Part shown: piece after piece, positions 38,102 to 46,699 of the stretch | How positions within the stretch are numbered: the stretch's first letter is position 1 | Layout: every line of letters begins with the position of its first letter | Assembly (NCBI GenBank): GCA_947381905.1 | Contig: CANCXL010000003.1 | Span: forward strand, 4,138-68,137 | Source of the DNA: an uncultured Clostridiaceae bacterium | GTDB lineage: Bacteria; Bacillota; Clostridia; TANB77; CAG-465 | Direction of reading: 5' to 3' | DNA length: 64,000 nt | Notes under the pieces: model-generated | What the model was told of the DNA's origin: nothing | Databases searched by the model: none | The model's input: only the letters and a program-made list of their open reading frames with translations | Made by a program: the position numbers and the translations under genes

Positions 38102-39997
38102 ATGTCAGTTGCATTTGTATTTAATATTTTATTAATACTACTTTTACTAGCATTTATTGCAGCTTTCTTCTATTATAAGGTAAAAAAATCTGGTGTAGAT
38201 CAGATGGTAGAGGATAGCTTATCAAGAGAAAAGATTACATATAGTCTTTCTACAATGCAAGAATATGTTAAAAAGCAATTTGATGAAATAACAAGAATGA
38301 ACTTATATGATTTGGCATTATCTGAAGAAGAATTTGAAAGAAGAAAAAATGTTAAATACGAACTTAAAAGAGCATTAAAAGGTGCTGGATATGCAGATTC
38401 TAACGATAAAAAATATGTTAAATCGTTAATGTTTGATTTATTAAAAAATGATTATAAAGTTAATAACTTTAACATTAATCATGCAATACCTTTTAATAAC
38501 TTTAATGAATTAAAAGCACAAGATAAATTTGAAATATTAATGCACATATATAAGAAGACATACAAAGCAGAAGCTTTAACTAAAATAATAACTAAATATG
38601 CATTAGATTATCCTAAATACGAGTTTGATGCAACAGTACCTTCTTATGTTATAACAGCAAGGGAGATAGATGATATATTTACAAATGAGGTATCTCCTGA
38701 AACTTTATCATTTGAAGACAAGCTTGAAATTGTTGTTCAAAGAATATACCAAGAATATAAAGGATATAGTGTTGTTGATGATATAAGAGATATGAATATT
38801 GATGGTGTATCTGGTGGTGTATCTGGTATTCCACCATCATTTCTTGATCAATTAAGTGACATGGATGATTATTTATCTCAAATGAATGATTATAAAATAC
38901 CAATGTCATATGATTCAGTATGGATATTCTATAAAGGTAAAGCTACATATTTATCATTTTTATCATTTGGTAGTGAAGCTGAACTTAAAAGGGTATGTCA
39001 AAACATATATAAATATAACAATCCAGGACAATTATCTGAGTCTGTAGGTTATAAAATAAATGAAATGAAAGACGGTTCCAGAGTTGTTGTTTTAAGACCA
39101 AACTTCTCTGAATCTTGGGCATTCTTTGTAAGAAAGTTTGCACCACCTACACTTATTTCTCCAGAACAATTACTTGTTCATGAGAATAAAGATAATGTTG
39201 TTGAATTATTAAAATATTTAATAAGAGGAGCAAGGGTAACAGCAATTACCGGTGAGCAGGGTTGTGGTAAAACTACACTTTTGATGGCTATAATGAAATT
39301 TTTATATCCTACAATTACAATTCGTGTACAAGAAACTGCATTTGAATTACACTTAAGAAAAATTTATCCTTATCATAATATATTATCTTTAAGAGAAACA
39401 GATACTATAACTGGACAAGAAGGTCTAGATGTACAAAAGAAAACAGATGGTGGAGTTAACATCTTAGGAGAGGTTGCAACAGACCCAGTCGCTGCATGGA
39501 TGATTCAAATGGCACAGGTTGCATCAAAATTTACTTTGTTTACTCACCATGCTAAAACATTTCCAAACCTAATTACATCACTTAGAAACTCACTTTTAAA
39601 AATTGGAATGTTTAATTCAGAAAATGTTGCTGAGGTACAAGTTGTACAAGTTATAAATTTTGATATACATTTAAAAAGAGCTGTTGATGGTTCAAGATAT
39701 ATAGAGAGAATAACAGAATGTATTCCACTTGAACAAACATATAGCTATAATAATGATTATAGAAAAGTAAAAGATGTTAATCAAAAATTAGATAAATTTA
39801 TGGATAATGCTGTTGAGTATTTCCAACATATGACACAATCACAAAATTATACATATAGAAATATTGTAGAATTTGTTGATGGAAGATATGTATTTAAAAA
39901 TCCAATAAGTGAAGATAACATTAGAGCTATGAGAGATAATATGTCTGCAGAAGACATAAAGGCTTTTGATGATTTCTTAGATATAGCTTGGAGGTGA
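38102..39997 (+). CDS. CpaF/TadA-family (T2SSE/VirB11-like) secretion ATPase with an N-terminal transmembrane anchor
   Basis: Walker A ITGEQGCGKTTLLMAIM, an Asp-box-like ITIRVQETAFELHL, Walker B plus His-box GVNILGEVATDPVAAWMIQMAQVASKFTLFTHHAKT. Residues 4-26 (AFVFNILLILLLLAFIAAFFYY) are strongly hydrophobic. Confidence 0.8.
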   Translation: MSVAFVFNILLILLLLAFIAAFFYYKVKKSGVDQMVEDSLSREKITYSLSTMQEYVKKQFDEITRMNLYDLALSEEEFERRKNVKYELKRALKGAGYADSNDKKYVKSLMFDLLKNDYKVNNFNINHAIPFNNFNELKAQDKFEILMHIYKKTYKAEALTKIITKYALDYPKYEFDATVPSYVITAREIDDIFTNEVSPETLSFEDKLEIVVQRIYQEYKGYSVVDDIRDMNIDGVSGGVSGIPPSFLDQLSDMDDYLSQMNDYKIPMSYDSVWIFYKGKATYLSFLSFGSEAELKRVCQNIYKYNNPGQLSESVGYKINEMKDGSRVVVLRPNFSESWAFFVRKFAPPTLISPEQLLVHENKDNVVELLKYLIRGARVTAITGEQGCGKTTLLMAIMKFLYPTITIRVQETAFELHLRKIYPYHNILSLRETDTITGQEGLDVQKKTDGGVNILGEVATDPVAAWMIQMAQVASKFTLFTHHAKTFPNLITSLRNSLLKIGMFNSENVAEVQVVQVINFDIHLKRAVDGSRYIERITECIPLEQTYSYNNDYRKVKDVNQKLDKFMDNAVEYFQHMTQSQNYTYRNIVEFVDGRYVFKNPISEDNIRAMRDNMSAEDIKAFDDFLDIAWR

Positions 39998-40001
39998 TAA
40001 A

Positions 40002-42056
40002 GTGACTAATATAGCAATTGTATTAATTGTTGTTTCTTTAATAGGCCTCGTAGGATTACTAGTTTACTATACTATATTAAAAAGAAAATATAGTAGTAAT
40101 ACAATTCTACAATCAAAAGATACTTTAGTAATAAAAAACAAAGTTAATTTTAAAGATACTTTTGATAAGTTATATCAAGTAATGTATATGACATTTGTTA
40201 AAATGCCAATTATGAAATACTATGCTAAAAAAATAAGATTAAAGTATGAGATGTCAAATGATTATACTGAATATGAGCTTAGAAGAAACACTGGTAAATT
40301 AATGACACTTACTATAATTGTTATGTTTGTTGCTTTAGCAGTATTTGTAAATATAGTAAACGATTTATATATGACTTTAATTATAATGATTGGATTAATT
40401 ATAGTCGTAGAAAAGGTTACAGATATTACAATTACATCGGTATCAAATAAGATATTAAGACAAATGCCAGAAGCATTTACAATATTAAGACATGCATTCC
40501 ATGAACATGGAATGGTAGATGAGGCTTTAGCTGACACAATAGATGAATTAAGTGAAAAAGAGATAGCACCACAATTAAAAAGAATAAGGGAGGCTATAAT
40601 ATCTGACCAACCAGAAGTTGAACTTGAAAGATATTATGATACTGCTCCAAACAGATTCTTAAAATTATTTGCTGGTATATCATATTTAACTTATGAACTT
40701 GGAGACAGAAAAGTTGAAGATACATCAATTTATCTTAAAAACTTAAATAATATTTTAAATGAAATATATCTTGAAATATTAAAACAAGACAAACTAAAAG
40801 CTACTTTTAGAAGCTTAACTATTATAGCAGTAATTCCGCTTATATTTATTAAACCGATAGAATCTTGGGCTACAGGAAACTTTGCTGCACTATCTAATTT
40901 TTATACAAGTAGTATAGGTTTTGCAATGCAATCTATAATAATTGTATCAATATTTATGTCATACTTGCTATTAAGAGTAGTACGTGAAGATGGTGAAGAA
41001 ATAAAATTTGATAGGGTATCAAAAGTTAAGTGGCAAGAAAAATTATATAAAATAAATGTAGTGAGAATGATAGTAGATGCTTTTAAGACTAAAAAGCATA
41101 CATCAAAGTATAAAAGAGAAGTTAACTTAATAAAAGATACAAATTCATATCTTACAATAGAGTGGCTATATGTAAATAAATTTGCTTATGCGTTTGTTGC
41201 TTTTTGCTTAACAATTCTATTAATATTTAATATGAATATTATAACTAAAAACTCAGCTTATACCAAACTTAGTAATGAATTTTTATCACTTGGAAAATTA
41301 AGTGAAGATGATCAAGAGGCTGCAAAAGAAGTTGCAGATTTTGATTTAACTTATATAGAAAAGTATAAAAATAAAAATGTAACTAAAGAAGAGCTTGCAG
41401 AAAATCTAACAGACACAGCTACAGGAACTGTAGATACAGATGCTGTTGATAGAATATATGATAAAATAACAACAATAAATGGTTCATATATAAAATTTTG
41501 GCATGTTTTAATTGCATTACTTATTGCTCTTATTGCATACTATGTTCCAAATATAATGTTAACTATAAAAAACAATATTAGAAAAATGGACAAGGATAAT
41601 GAGATTATGCAGTTCCAATCTATTATATTAATGCTTATGCATATTGATAGAGTAGATGTTCAAACTATACTTGAGTGGTTATGTAGATTCTCATATGCAT
41701 TTAGAGAACCAATTGCAACATGCTTAAATAACTATGAAGCAGGTGCAGAAAGAGCACTAGAAGAACTAAAAGATTCTGTACCAAATAAAGACTTCCAAAG
41801 AATAATTGATCAATTAGAATCAGCTGTAACAAGAATTCCAGTTAAGGCAGCTTTTGACGAGTTAGAGACTGAAAGAGCCTTTTTCTATGAAAAGAGAAAA
41901 GATGCAAATGAAGCTCTAGTAAAAAGAAAAGCAACAATTGGTCAAGTACTTGGATTTACGCCTATGGTGCTTTTAATTGGTGGATATCTAGTAGCTCCAC
42001 TACTTATTGTAAGTATATTACAAATGCTTAATTACTTTAGCCAGATGGCATTCTAG
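40002..42056 (+). CDS. Polytopic platform protein with two T2SSF-like (TadB/TadC, GspF-like) repeats in one polypeptide (GTG start)
   Basis: There are two cytoplasmic helical segments, each followed by TM helices. The first is PEAFTILRHAFHEHGMVDEALADTIDEL..IAPQLKRIREAI. The second is FQSIILMLMHIDRVDVQTILEWLCRFS..FREPIATCLNNYEAG. Confidence 0.6.
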   Translation: MTNIAIVLIVVSLIGLVGLLVYYTILKRKYSSNTILQSKDTLVIKNKVNFKDTFDKLYQVMYMTFVKMPIMKYYAKKIRLKYEMSNDYTEYELRRNTGKLMTLTIIVMFVALAVFVNIVNDLYMTLIIMIGLIIVVEKVTDITITSVSNKILRQMPEAFTILRHAFHEHGMVDEALADTIDELSEKEIAPQLKRIREAIISDQPEVELERYYDTAPNRFLKLFAGISYLTYELGDRKVEDTSIYLKNLNNILNEIYLEILKQDKLKATFRSLTIIAVIPLIFIKPIESWATGNFAALSNFYTSSIGFAMQSIIIVSIFMSYLLLRVVREDGEEIKFDRVSKVKWQEKLYKINVVRMIVDAFKTKKHTSKYKREVNLIKDTNSYLTIEWLYVNKFAYAFVAFCLTILLIFNMNIITKNSAYTKLSNEFLSLGKLSEDDQEAAKEVADFDLTYIEKYKNKNVTKEELAENLTDTATGTVDTDAVDRIYDKITTINGSYIKFWHVLIALLIALIAYYVPNIMLTIKNNIRKMDKDNEIMQFQSIILMLMHIDRVDVQTILEWLCRFSYAFREPIATCLNNYEAGAERALEELKDSVPNKDFQRIIDQLESAVTRIPVKAAFDELETERAFFYEKRKDANEALVKRKATIGQVLGFTPMVLLIGGYLVAPLLIVSILQMLNYFSQMAF

Positions 42057-42110
42057 TTTAAATCATCTTAAGAGATGTTTTAATATAATTGTGTAAAGGA
42101 GGAATAAAAT

Positions 42111-42602
42111 ATGGATAACGCACAAAAAGCTATAATGATTGGTGTTGGACTTTTTGTAACAATACTTATCATAGCAGCTGTAATGCTAATTGTTAACCCA
42201 GCAATTAATTTAATAGACAATGCAGCAGGTAAAATAGGAAACCTTAGTGAAACATTTACAACTATGCTTTATTCAAAATATGATGACAGAACAGTAACTG
42301 GTGCAGAAGTTATTTCATTTGTTCAACAATATGCAGCAGATGAAAATATGATTATTGAGGTAAAACCTAACTCTAGTTCAAATATGTTACAACTTGGAAA
42401 AGCAAGAGGTAATGAGTCTTTAATTATAGATAAAGGACTAAAATATGATGATACTAATAAACAAACTAAAGTTAGTGCATTAACAGATAGCTCAAATCCA
42501 GAAACTTATGTACCATCTTCTGCTAGATACGAAGCAAAATTAATAAAAAGTTCATCAGGAGATACTGTAGTAGGAGTACAATTTGTAAGAACAAACAAAT
42601 AA
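42111..42602 (+). CDS. Pilin-like protein 1 (candidate major filament subunit, 163 aa)
   Basis: MDNAQKA-IMIGVGLFVTILIIAAVMLIV has a short polar leader followed by a hydrophobic helix of about 22 aa. It has the best SD sequence of the set (AAAGGAGG), is the first gene after the platform gene, and is followed by a 12-bp hairpin. Confidence 0.55.
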   Translation: MDNAQKAIMIGVGLFVTILIIAAVMLIVNPAINLIDNAAGKIGNLSETFTTMLYSKYDDRTVTGAEVISFVQQYAADENMIIEVKPNSSSNMLQLGKARGNESLIIDKGLKYDDTNKQTKVSALTDSSNPETYVPSSARYEAKLIKSSSGDTVVGVQFVRTNK

Positions 42603-42616
42603 TATTATATTAATTT

Positions 42617-42648
42617 CAAGGTATATAATTTTCTGGTTATATACCTTG
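42617..42648 (+). terminator. Perfect 12-bp stem-loop after the first pilin-like gene (candidate partial terminator or mRNA stabiliser)
   Basis: CAAGGTATATAA-8 nt-TTATATACCTTG. The downstream U-tract is weak (AATATTATT). Confidence 0.4.
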
Positions 42649-42736
42649 AATATTATTAAACAGTAGATATATTTTAAAGAATATATATAATACATTTTTT
42701 AAAATGTGTCTATATAGAAGGGGGGGAAGAGTAGTA

Positions 42737-43201
42737 ATGGAAGAAAACATTTCAAGAGCAATAATGATTGGAGTAACCACTCTTGTTGGAATTATGACAA
42801 TATCTGCAATTATAGTGTTCTTTAACTCAAGTTTGAGAGTAGTAGAAAACGCAAGTGGCTCAAAAGATTTTTCAACAGTTTATCGAAATGATATAGAATC
42901 TACTCTTCTTATGAGCAATTCTGGTAATTATATAAAAGGAACAAGTGTAATAAATTTAATTAGTTATTATGAACAAGATTTTAATGTAAGCATCAGTATA
43001 GCAAATATTAAGTATATAGATAAATCAGGAAATGTACAGATAATAGATAATATTGTAATTAATACAAATGATGTAAATATTAGAAAAGCAGCATATAATC
43101 TGGCTGTGCGATATATAATGGATAACCAAGACTTTACAATTTCTGTAAAAGATAATGATGAAGATATGGGTTCTAAAGAAATAACAATAAGGGGAATTTA
43201 G
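42737..43201 (+). CDS. Pilin-like protein 2 (154 aa)
   Basis: MEENISRA-IMIGVTTLVGIMTISAIIVFF. It shares an internal motif, IKGTSVINLISYY, with the other three paralogues. ATG 42737 follows GAAGGGGGGG. Confidence 0.5.
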   Translation: MEENISRAIMIGVTTLVGIMTISAIIVFFNSSLRVVENASGSKDFSTVYRNDIESTLLMSNSGNYIKGTSVINLISYYEQDFNVSISIANIKYIDKSGNVQIIDNIVINTNDVNIRKAAYNLAVRYIMDNQDFTISVKDNDEDMGSKEITIRGI

Positions 43202-43203
43202 AT

Positions 43204-44754
43204 ATGGATGGAGCATTACAAAAAATAGTATCTATAATTATTGCTGTAGTTATTTTATTTATTCTACCTATATATATAGCATATGAAAAAAGAGATGATA
43301 TTTCATATGCACTTGCACTAAAAATAACAACAGATTTTGTGGATAATGTTAATTCAAAAGGCTATATAACATCAGAAATGTATACAGATTATATCACTAA
43401 ACTTGCAGTAACTCAAAATAGCTACGATGTATATCTTGAGCATACTGCAAAAAAATATAATCCAGTGATATACTCATATACTGATGACTTAAAAACAATT
43501 AGAGCTAAATTTGATTATAATTTATATAAGGATGAATTTGGGGATGGACAAATAACTGTGTCTGATGGATCTAATGCAGGAACATATAACAACTTAATTC
43601 TTGCATATGATTTATCCGAAAAAAAATATAATGAAGAACAGATTTTAAGTGTTATCAGTTCTACAGATAGAAGTCTTTCAATTAATATGAATTTAGAGGC
43701 ATATAAAAATATGGATTATAGATCACTTCCAGCAATTGTAAGTATATACATGCCAGAAAAATCTGCGGGTGTATATACTATGAATGAGGGAGACGAATTT
43801 AGTGTAATTGTAAAAAATAAAAATACTACAATGGCAAGTGTAATATATAATGTTATTACATTTGGAGCATCTGCTAAAAATAATACAAAAATATATGTAA
43901 ATTATGGTGGTACAGTAAAAGCAGAACAATATCGAACAAAAGAAACAATTGATGAAACACCAGTTCCACCTTCAACAGGTGTAGAGCAAGAAAGTTCTCT
44001 TCTTGCATCCTACAATACAAATGGACTAGTTATGCTTCTTGAAGGAGAATATAACGATGGTTCAGTTCATTCAAATGATACTAATATATGGAAAGACTAT
44101 AGTGCAAATAATCATAATGCATTATTATCTGATTTTGATTTTAAAGATGAGTCAGGGTGGAGACATAACGGACTTCACTTTACAGGAAGAGAATATGCAT
44201 CAATTGCAGATATTGCTACTGGGGACATGACAATAGAGATTGTTGCAAGATTTGATAGTGTGTCAAATCCCGAAACTCCTGAACAATCTGTTTTAAGTAA
44301 TTTAAATGATGGAGGGATGGGACTTGTTCTTAACGAACTAAATTCTACATCGATTACTAAAAGAGGAAAGTTCTCTTTTGAGGTATATACACAAGATGGA
44401 AGTATATCTTCTGTGGTGGCAGATGAGATAGTACAAGCAAATAAGATTTACTCAATATCTGGTTCTGTAGGAAAAATGAATCTTGAATATGATGGTAATA
44501 GATTTGCATATGAAACAAGAGCACAACTTTTATCTGTAAATGGAAAAGTAGATGGTATACCATTTAACAGCACTGTAAAGCTACCTTTATCTGGATCAGA
44601 CTTTATTATTGGAGGAAATCCACTAATAGGTGTTGGAGCTCAAACAAGTTTTAATGGAACTATTTATTGTGTGAGAATATATAATAGAGCATTAACTGAA
44701 GAAGAAATAAAAGAAAATTATAAAGTAGATCAAAAGAAATATGGAATAGAATAG
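43204..44754 (+). CDS. Pseudopilin/TadE-like N-terminus fused to a C-terminal LamG (concanavalin-A-like lectin) domain; candidate adhesin subunit
   Basis: The N-terminus is IVSIIIAVVILFILPIYIAYEKRDD. The C-terminal 240 aa or so match the LamG_3 pattern (W.DYSANNHNALL.., GLHFTG.EYASI, FNGTIYCVRIYNRALTEEEIKENY). Confidence 0.65.
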   Translation: MDGALQKIVSIIIAVVILFILPIYIAYEKRDDISYALALKITTDFVDNVNSKGYITSEMYTDYITKLAVTQNSYDVYLEHTAKKYNPVIYSYTDDLKTIRAKFDYNLYKDEFGDGQITVSDGSNAGTYNNLILAYDLSEKKYNEEQILSVISSTDRSLSINMNLEAYKNMDYRSLPAIVSIYMPEKSAGVYTMNEGDEFSVIVKNKNTTMASVIYNVITFGASAKNNTKIYVNYGGTVKAEQYRTKETIDETPVPPSTGVEQESSLLASYNTNGLVMLLEGEYNDGSVHSNDTNIWKDYSANNHNALLSDFDFKDESGWRHNGLHFTGREYASIADIATGDMTIEIVARFDSVSNPETPEQSVLSNLNDGGMGLVLNELNSTSITKRGKFSFEVYTQDGSISSVVADEIVQANKIYSISGSVGKMNLEYDGNRFAYETRAQLLSVNGKVDGIPFNSTVKLPLSGSDFIIGGNPLIGVGAQTSFNGTIYCVRIYNRALTEEEIKENYKVDQKKYGIE

Positions 44755-44766
44755 GAGGAATTGTAT

Positions 44767-45171
44767 TTGGGAGATTCGTTAAATAGAGCAATTATGATTG
44801 GCGTAGGACTATTTATTACAGTTATTATCATATCTGGAATTATGTTTATATTTTCCCAAATGCAAGAAATATATAAGCATGTAGATGATACAGATACTTC
44901 GATAACATCAAAGTTTGGAAAGTATGCATCTTTTGATAATACAACAATAACTGGTCTTGATATGATTAATTGTGCAAATAAATATTATAAAGATAATGAA
45001 GTTATAGTAATGTATGGAAATATACAGCTAAATACACAAGAAGGAATAAATTATTTAAACAATGAATATGAAAATGGAAATATAAAGTATGAATATTCAT
45101 ATTCTTCTACTATTGATGAGGTAGAAGTAGATGGAATATATAAAACACAAATAAGTTTAACAAGAAAATAA
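44767..45171 (+). CDS. Pilin-like protein 3 (134 aa, TTG start)
   Basis: (M)GDSLNRA-IMIGVGLFITVIIISGIMFIF. TTG 44767 lies 8 nt after AGGAGG. TTG 44761 is too close to the SD sequence. Confidence 0.5.
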   Translation: MGDSLNRAIMIGVGLFITVIIISGIMFIFSQMQEIYKHVDDTDTSITSKFGKYASFDNTTITGLDMINCANKYYKDNEVIVMYGNIQLNTQEGINYLNNEYENGNIKYEYSYSSTIDEVEVDGIYKTQISLTRK

Positions 45172-45193
45172 AAAAGAAAGAGGTGATGATAAT

Positions 45194-45658
45194 ATGGAAA
45201 ATGCAAACGAAGCAATATATTTAGGTGTATATACAATGATATTTGTAATAGCCTTGTCTCTTACTATTTTTCTATTTTCATCACTAATGACATATACAGA
45301 AGATGCATACGAATATATGCATAAAGCTACAACTGATTCTGTTAATATATCTGGAGATGAGAATAGGCATTTAATATTAAATGGTCAAGAAGTTTTATCA
45401 TATTATTATAACTATATAAAAAAAGATAATTATTCAGATAAGAGCTACGATTCAAATACAGTAGTTACAATAAATTTAAATACAAAAAATGAAACGCCGT
45501 TAATGCTTGAAAAAGATAATGTTTCATATAAAGATTTGCTAAATAAAATTGGAATGCAAAATAAATATATTTTAACTGTTGGAAGCAATACAACAGAAAA
45601 TATAACATATATTAATATAATTAAGGCTACAGAAGAGGAGCTACAAGAGAAAATATAA
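45194..45658 (+). CDS. Pilin-like protein 4 (154 aa, most divergent)
   Basis: MENANEA-IYLGVYTMIFVIALSLTIFLF, with the internal motif ILNGQEVLSYYYNY. Confidence 0.45.
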   Translation: MENANEAIYLGVYTMIFVIALSLTIFLFSSLMTYTEDAYEYMHKATTDSVNISGDENRHLILNGQEVLSYYYNYIKKDNYSDKSYDSNTVVTINLNTKNETPLMLEKDNVSYKDLLNKIGMQNKYILTVGSNTTENITYINIIKATEEELQEKI

Positions 45659-45670
45659 AAGGAGGAAAAA

Positions 45671-46687
45671 ATGAAAGATACATTAAGTATGATTGTTGCA
45701 GTTATTTTTATTGTTGTTCTTTTAGTACTTCTTCCTTTATATAACTACTTTGAACGACAAGATGATATGTCATATAATTTGACATTAAAAACCGTTACAA
45801 TGTTTGTAGATGAAGTTGCACAAAACGGATATATTGATCAAAATATGTATGATAAATTTATTGCAAGACTTGCTACTACTGGAAATACTTATGACATTCA
45901 AATTGAGGCTAAAAAGAAGATACTTACTATGGATCCTGAAAACATAGATCCAGATACAGGTGAAGAGACTTATATAGAACAATTTAAGTCATATTATAAT
46001 AAAGATATATTTAATGATGAAACTGGAAAAACAAGTAATATTATTTCAAAAGATAATAGTTTAAAAAACAATGTTTTTTTCTTAGATGTTGGAGATAAAT
46101 TTTTTGTTACAGTAAAAAATACAAATACAACAATGGCATCAGCGCTTCTTGGAGCTTTGGTATCAAGCATAACAAAGGAAAAAGTAAATATAACATATGG
46201 TTCAACTATAAAAAATAATAACTGGGAGAATGCAGATATTAGTCAGTTATTTCAAAGTGATATTTTGGTATCTATTTCATTAGAAAATCCTAACGATCCA
46301 GAAGATAAAAACGGATATCCAGAATATAATTTTGAAAATGCAACTGATAGAAGTATTAGTTTTATAGTAAAAGTTTTAAATGCTGACTCGTCAGAAAATT
46401 TATCACAAAAAATAAAAGATAATATAAGACTTGTAGGAACAAATCCAAATTGTTATCTTAACCCATCATCAATAGAAGGAGATTCAGGTAGTAACAATGA
46501 ATTTAAAATAAAATTTACTTTAGACGATACAAAACAAAGTAGATATTTTTCAGATAATGAATATAATGTTTTTCAATGTTTCTTGCCTGCAAATATAATA
46601 CAAGGAACATTTAGTAAAAATTCGAGTGCTAGTTCACAGAAAGTATTATATAAAATAAATAGTGGAATAGAGGTACCAGAACTATAA
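45671..46687 (+). CDS. Paralogue of the 43204 product without the LamG domain (pseudopilin/TadE-like N-terminus)
   Basis: About 50 percent identity by eye over the first 80 aa or so (LLPLYNYFERQDDMSYNLTLKTVTMFVDEVAQNGYIDQNMYDKFIARLATTGNTYD versus ILPIYIAYEKRDDISYALALKITTDFVDNVNSKGYITSEMYTDYITKLAVTQNSYD). The two also share the block VKN.NTTMAS. Confidence 0.55.
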   Translation: MKDTLSMIVAVIFIVVLLVLLPLYNYFERQDDMSYNLTLKTVTMFVDEVAQNGYIDQNMYDKFIARLATTGNTYDIQIEAKKKILTMDPENIDPDTGEETYIEQFKSYYNKDIFNDETGKTSNIISKDNSLKNNVFFLDVGDKFFVTVKNTNTTMASALLGALVSSITKEKVNITYGSTIKNNNWENADISQLFQSDILVSISLENPNDPEDKNGYPEYNFENATDRSISFIVKVLNADSSENLSQKIKDNIRLVGTNPNCYLNPSSIEGDSGSNNEFKIKFTLDDTKQSRYFSDNEYNVFQCFLPANIIQGTFSKNSSASSQKVLYKINSGIEVPEL

Positions 46688-46699
46688 GGAGGTGAAAGG

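Noticed and set aside
44039-44230. Same-strand alternative-frame ORFs (44039-44230 and 57010-57198).
   Set aside because: They are embedded out of frame in the LamG-fusion gene and in polC. They have no SD sequence and odd composition, so I treat them as chance ORFs.
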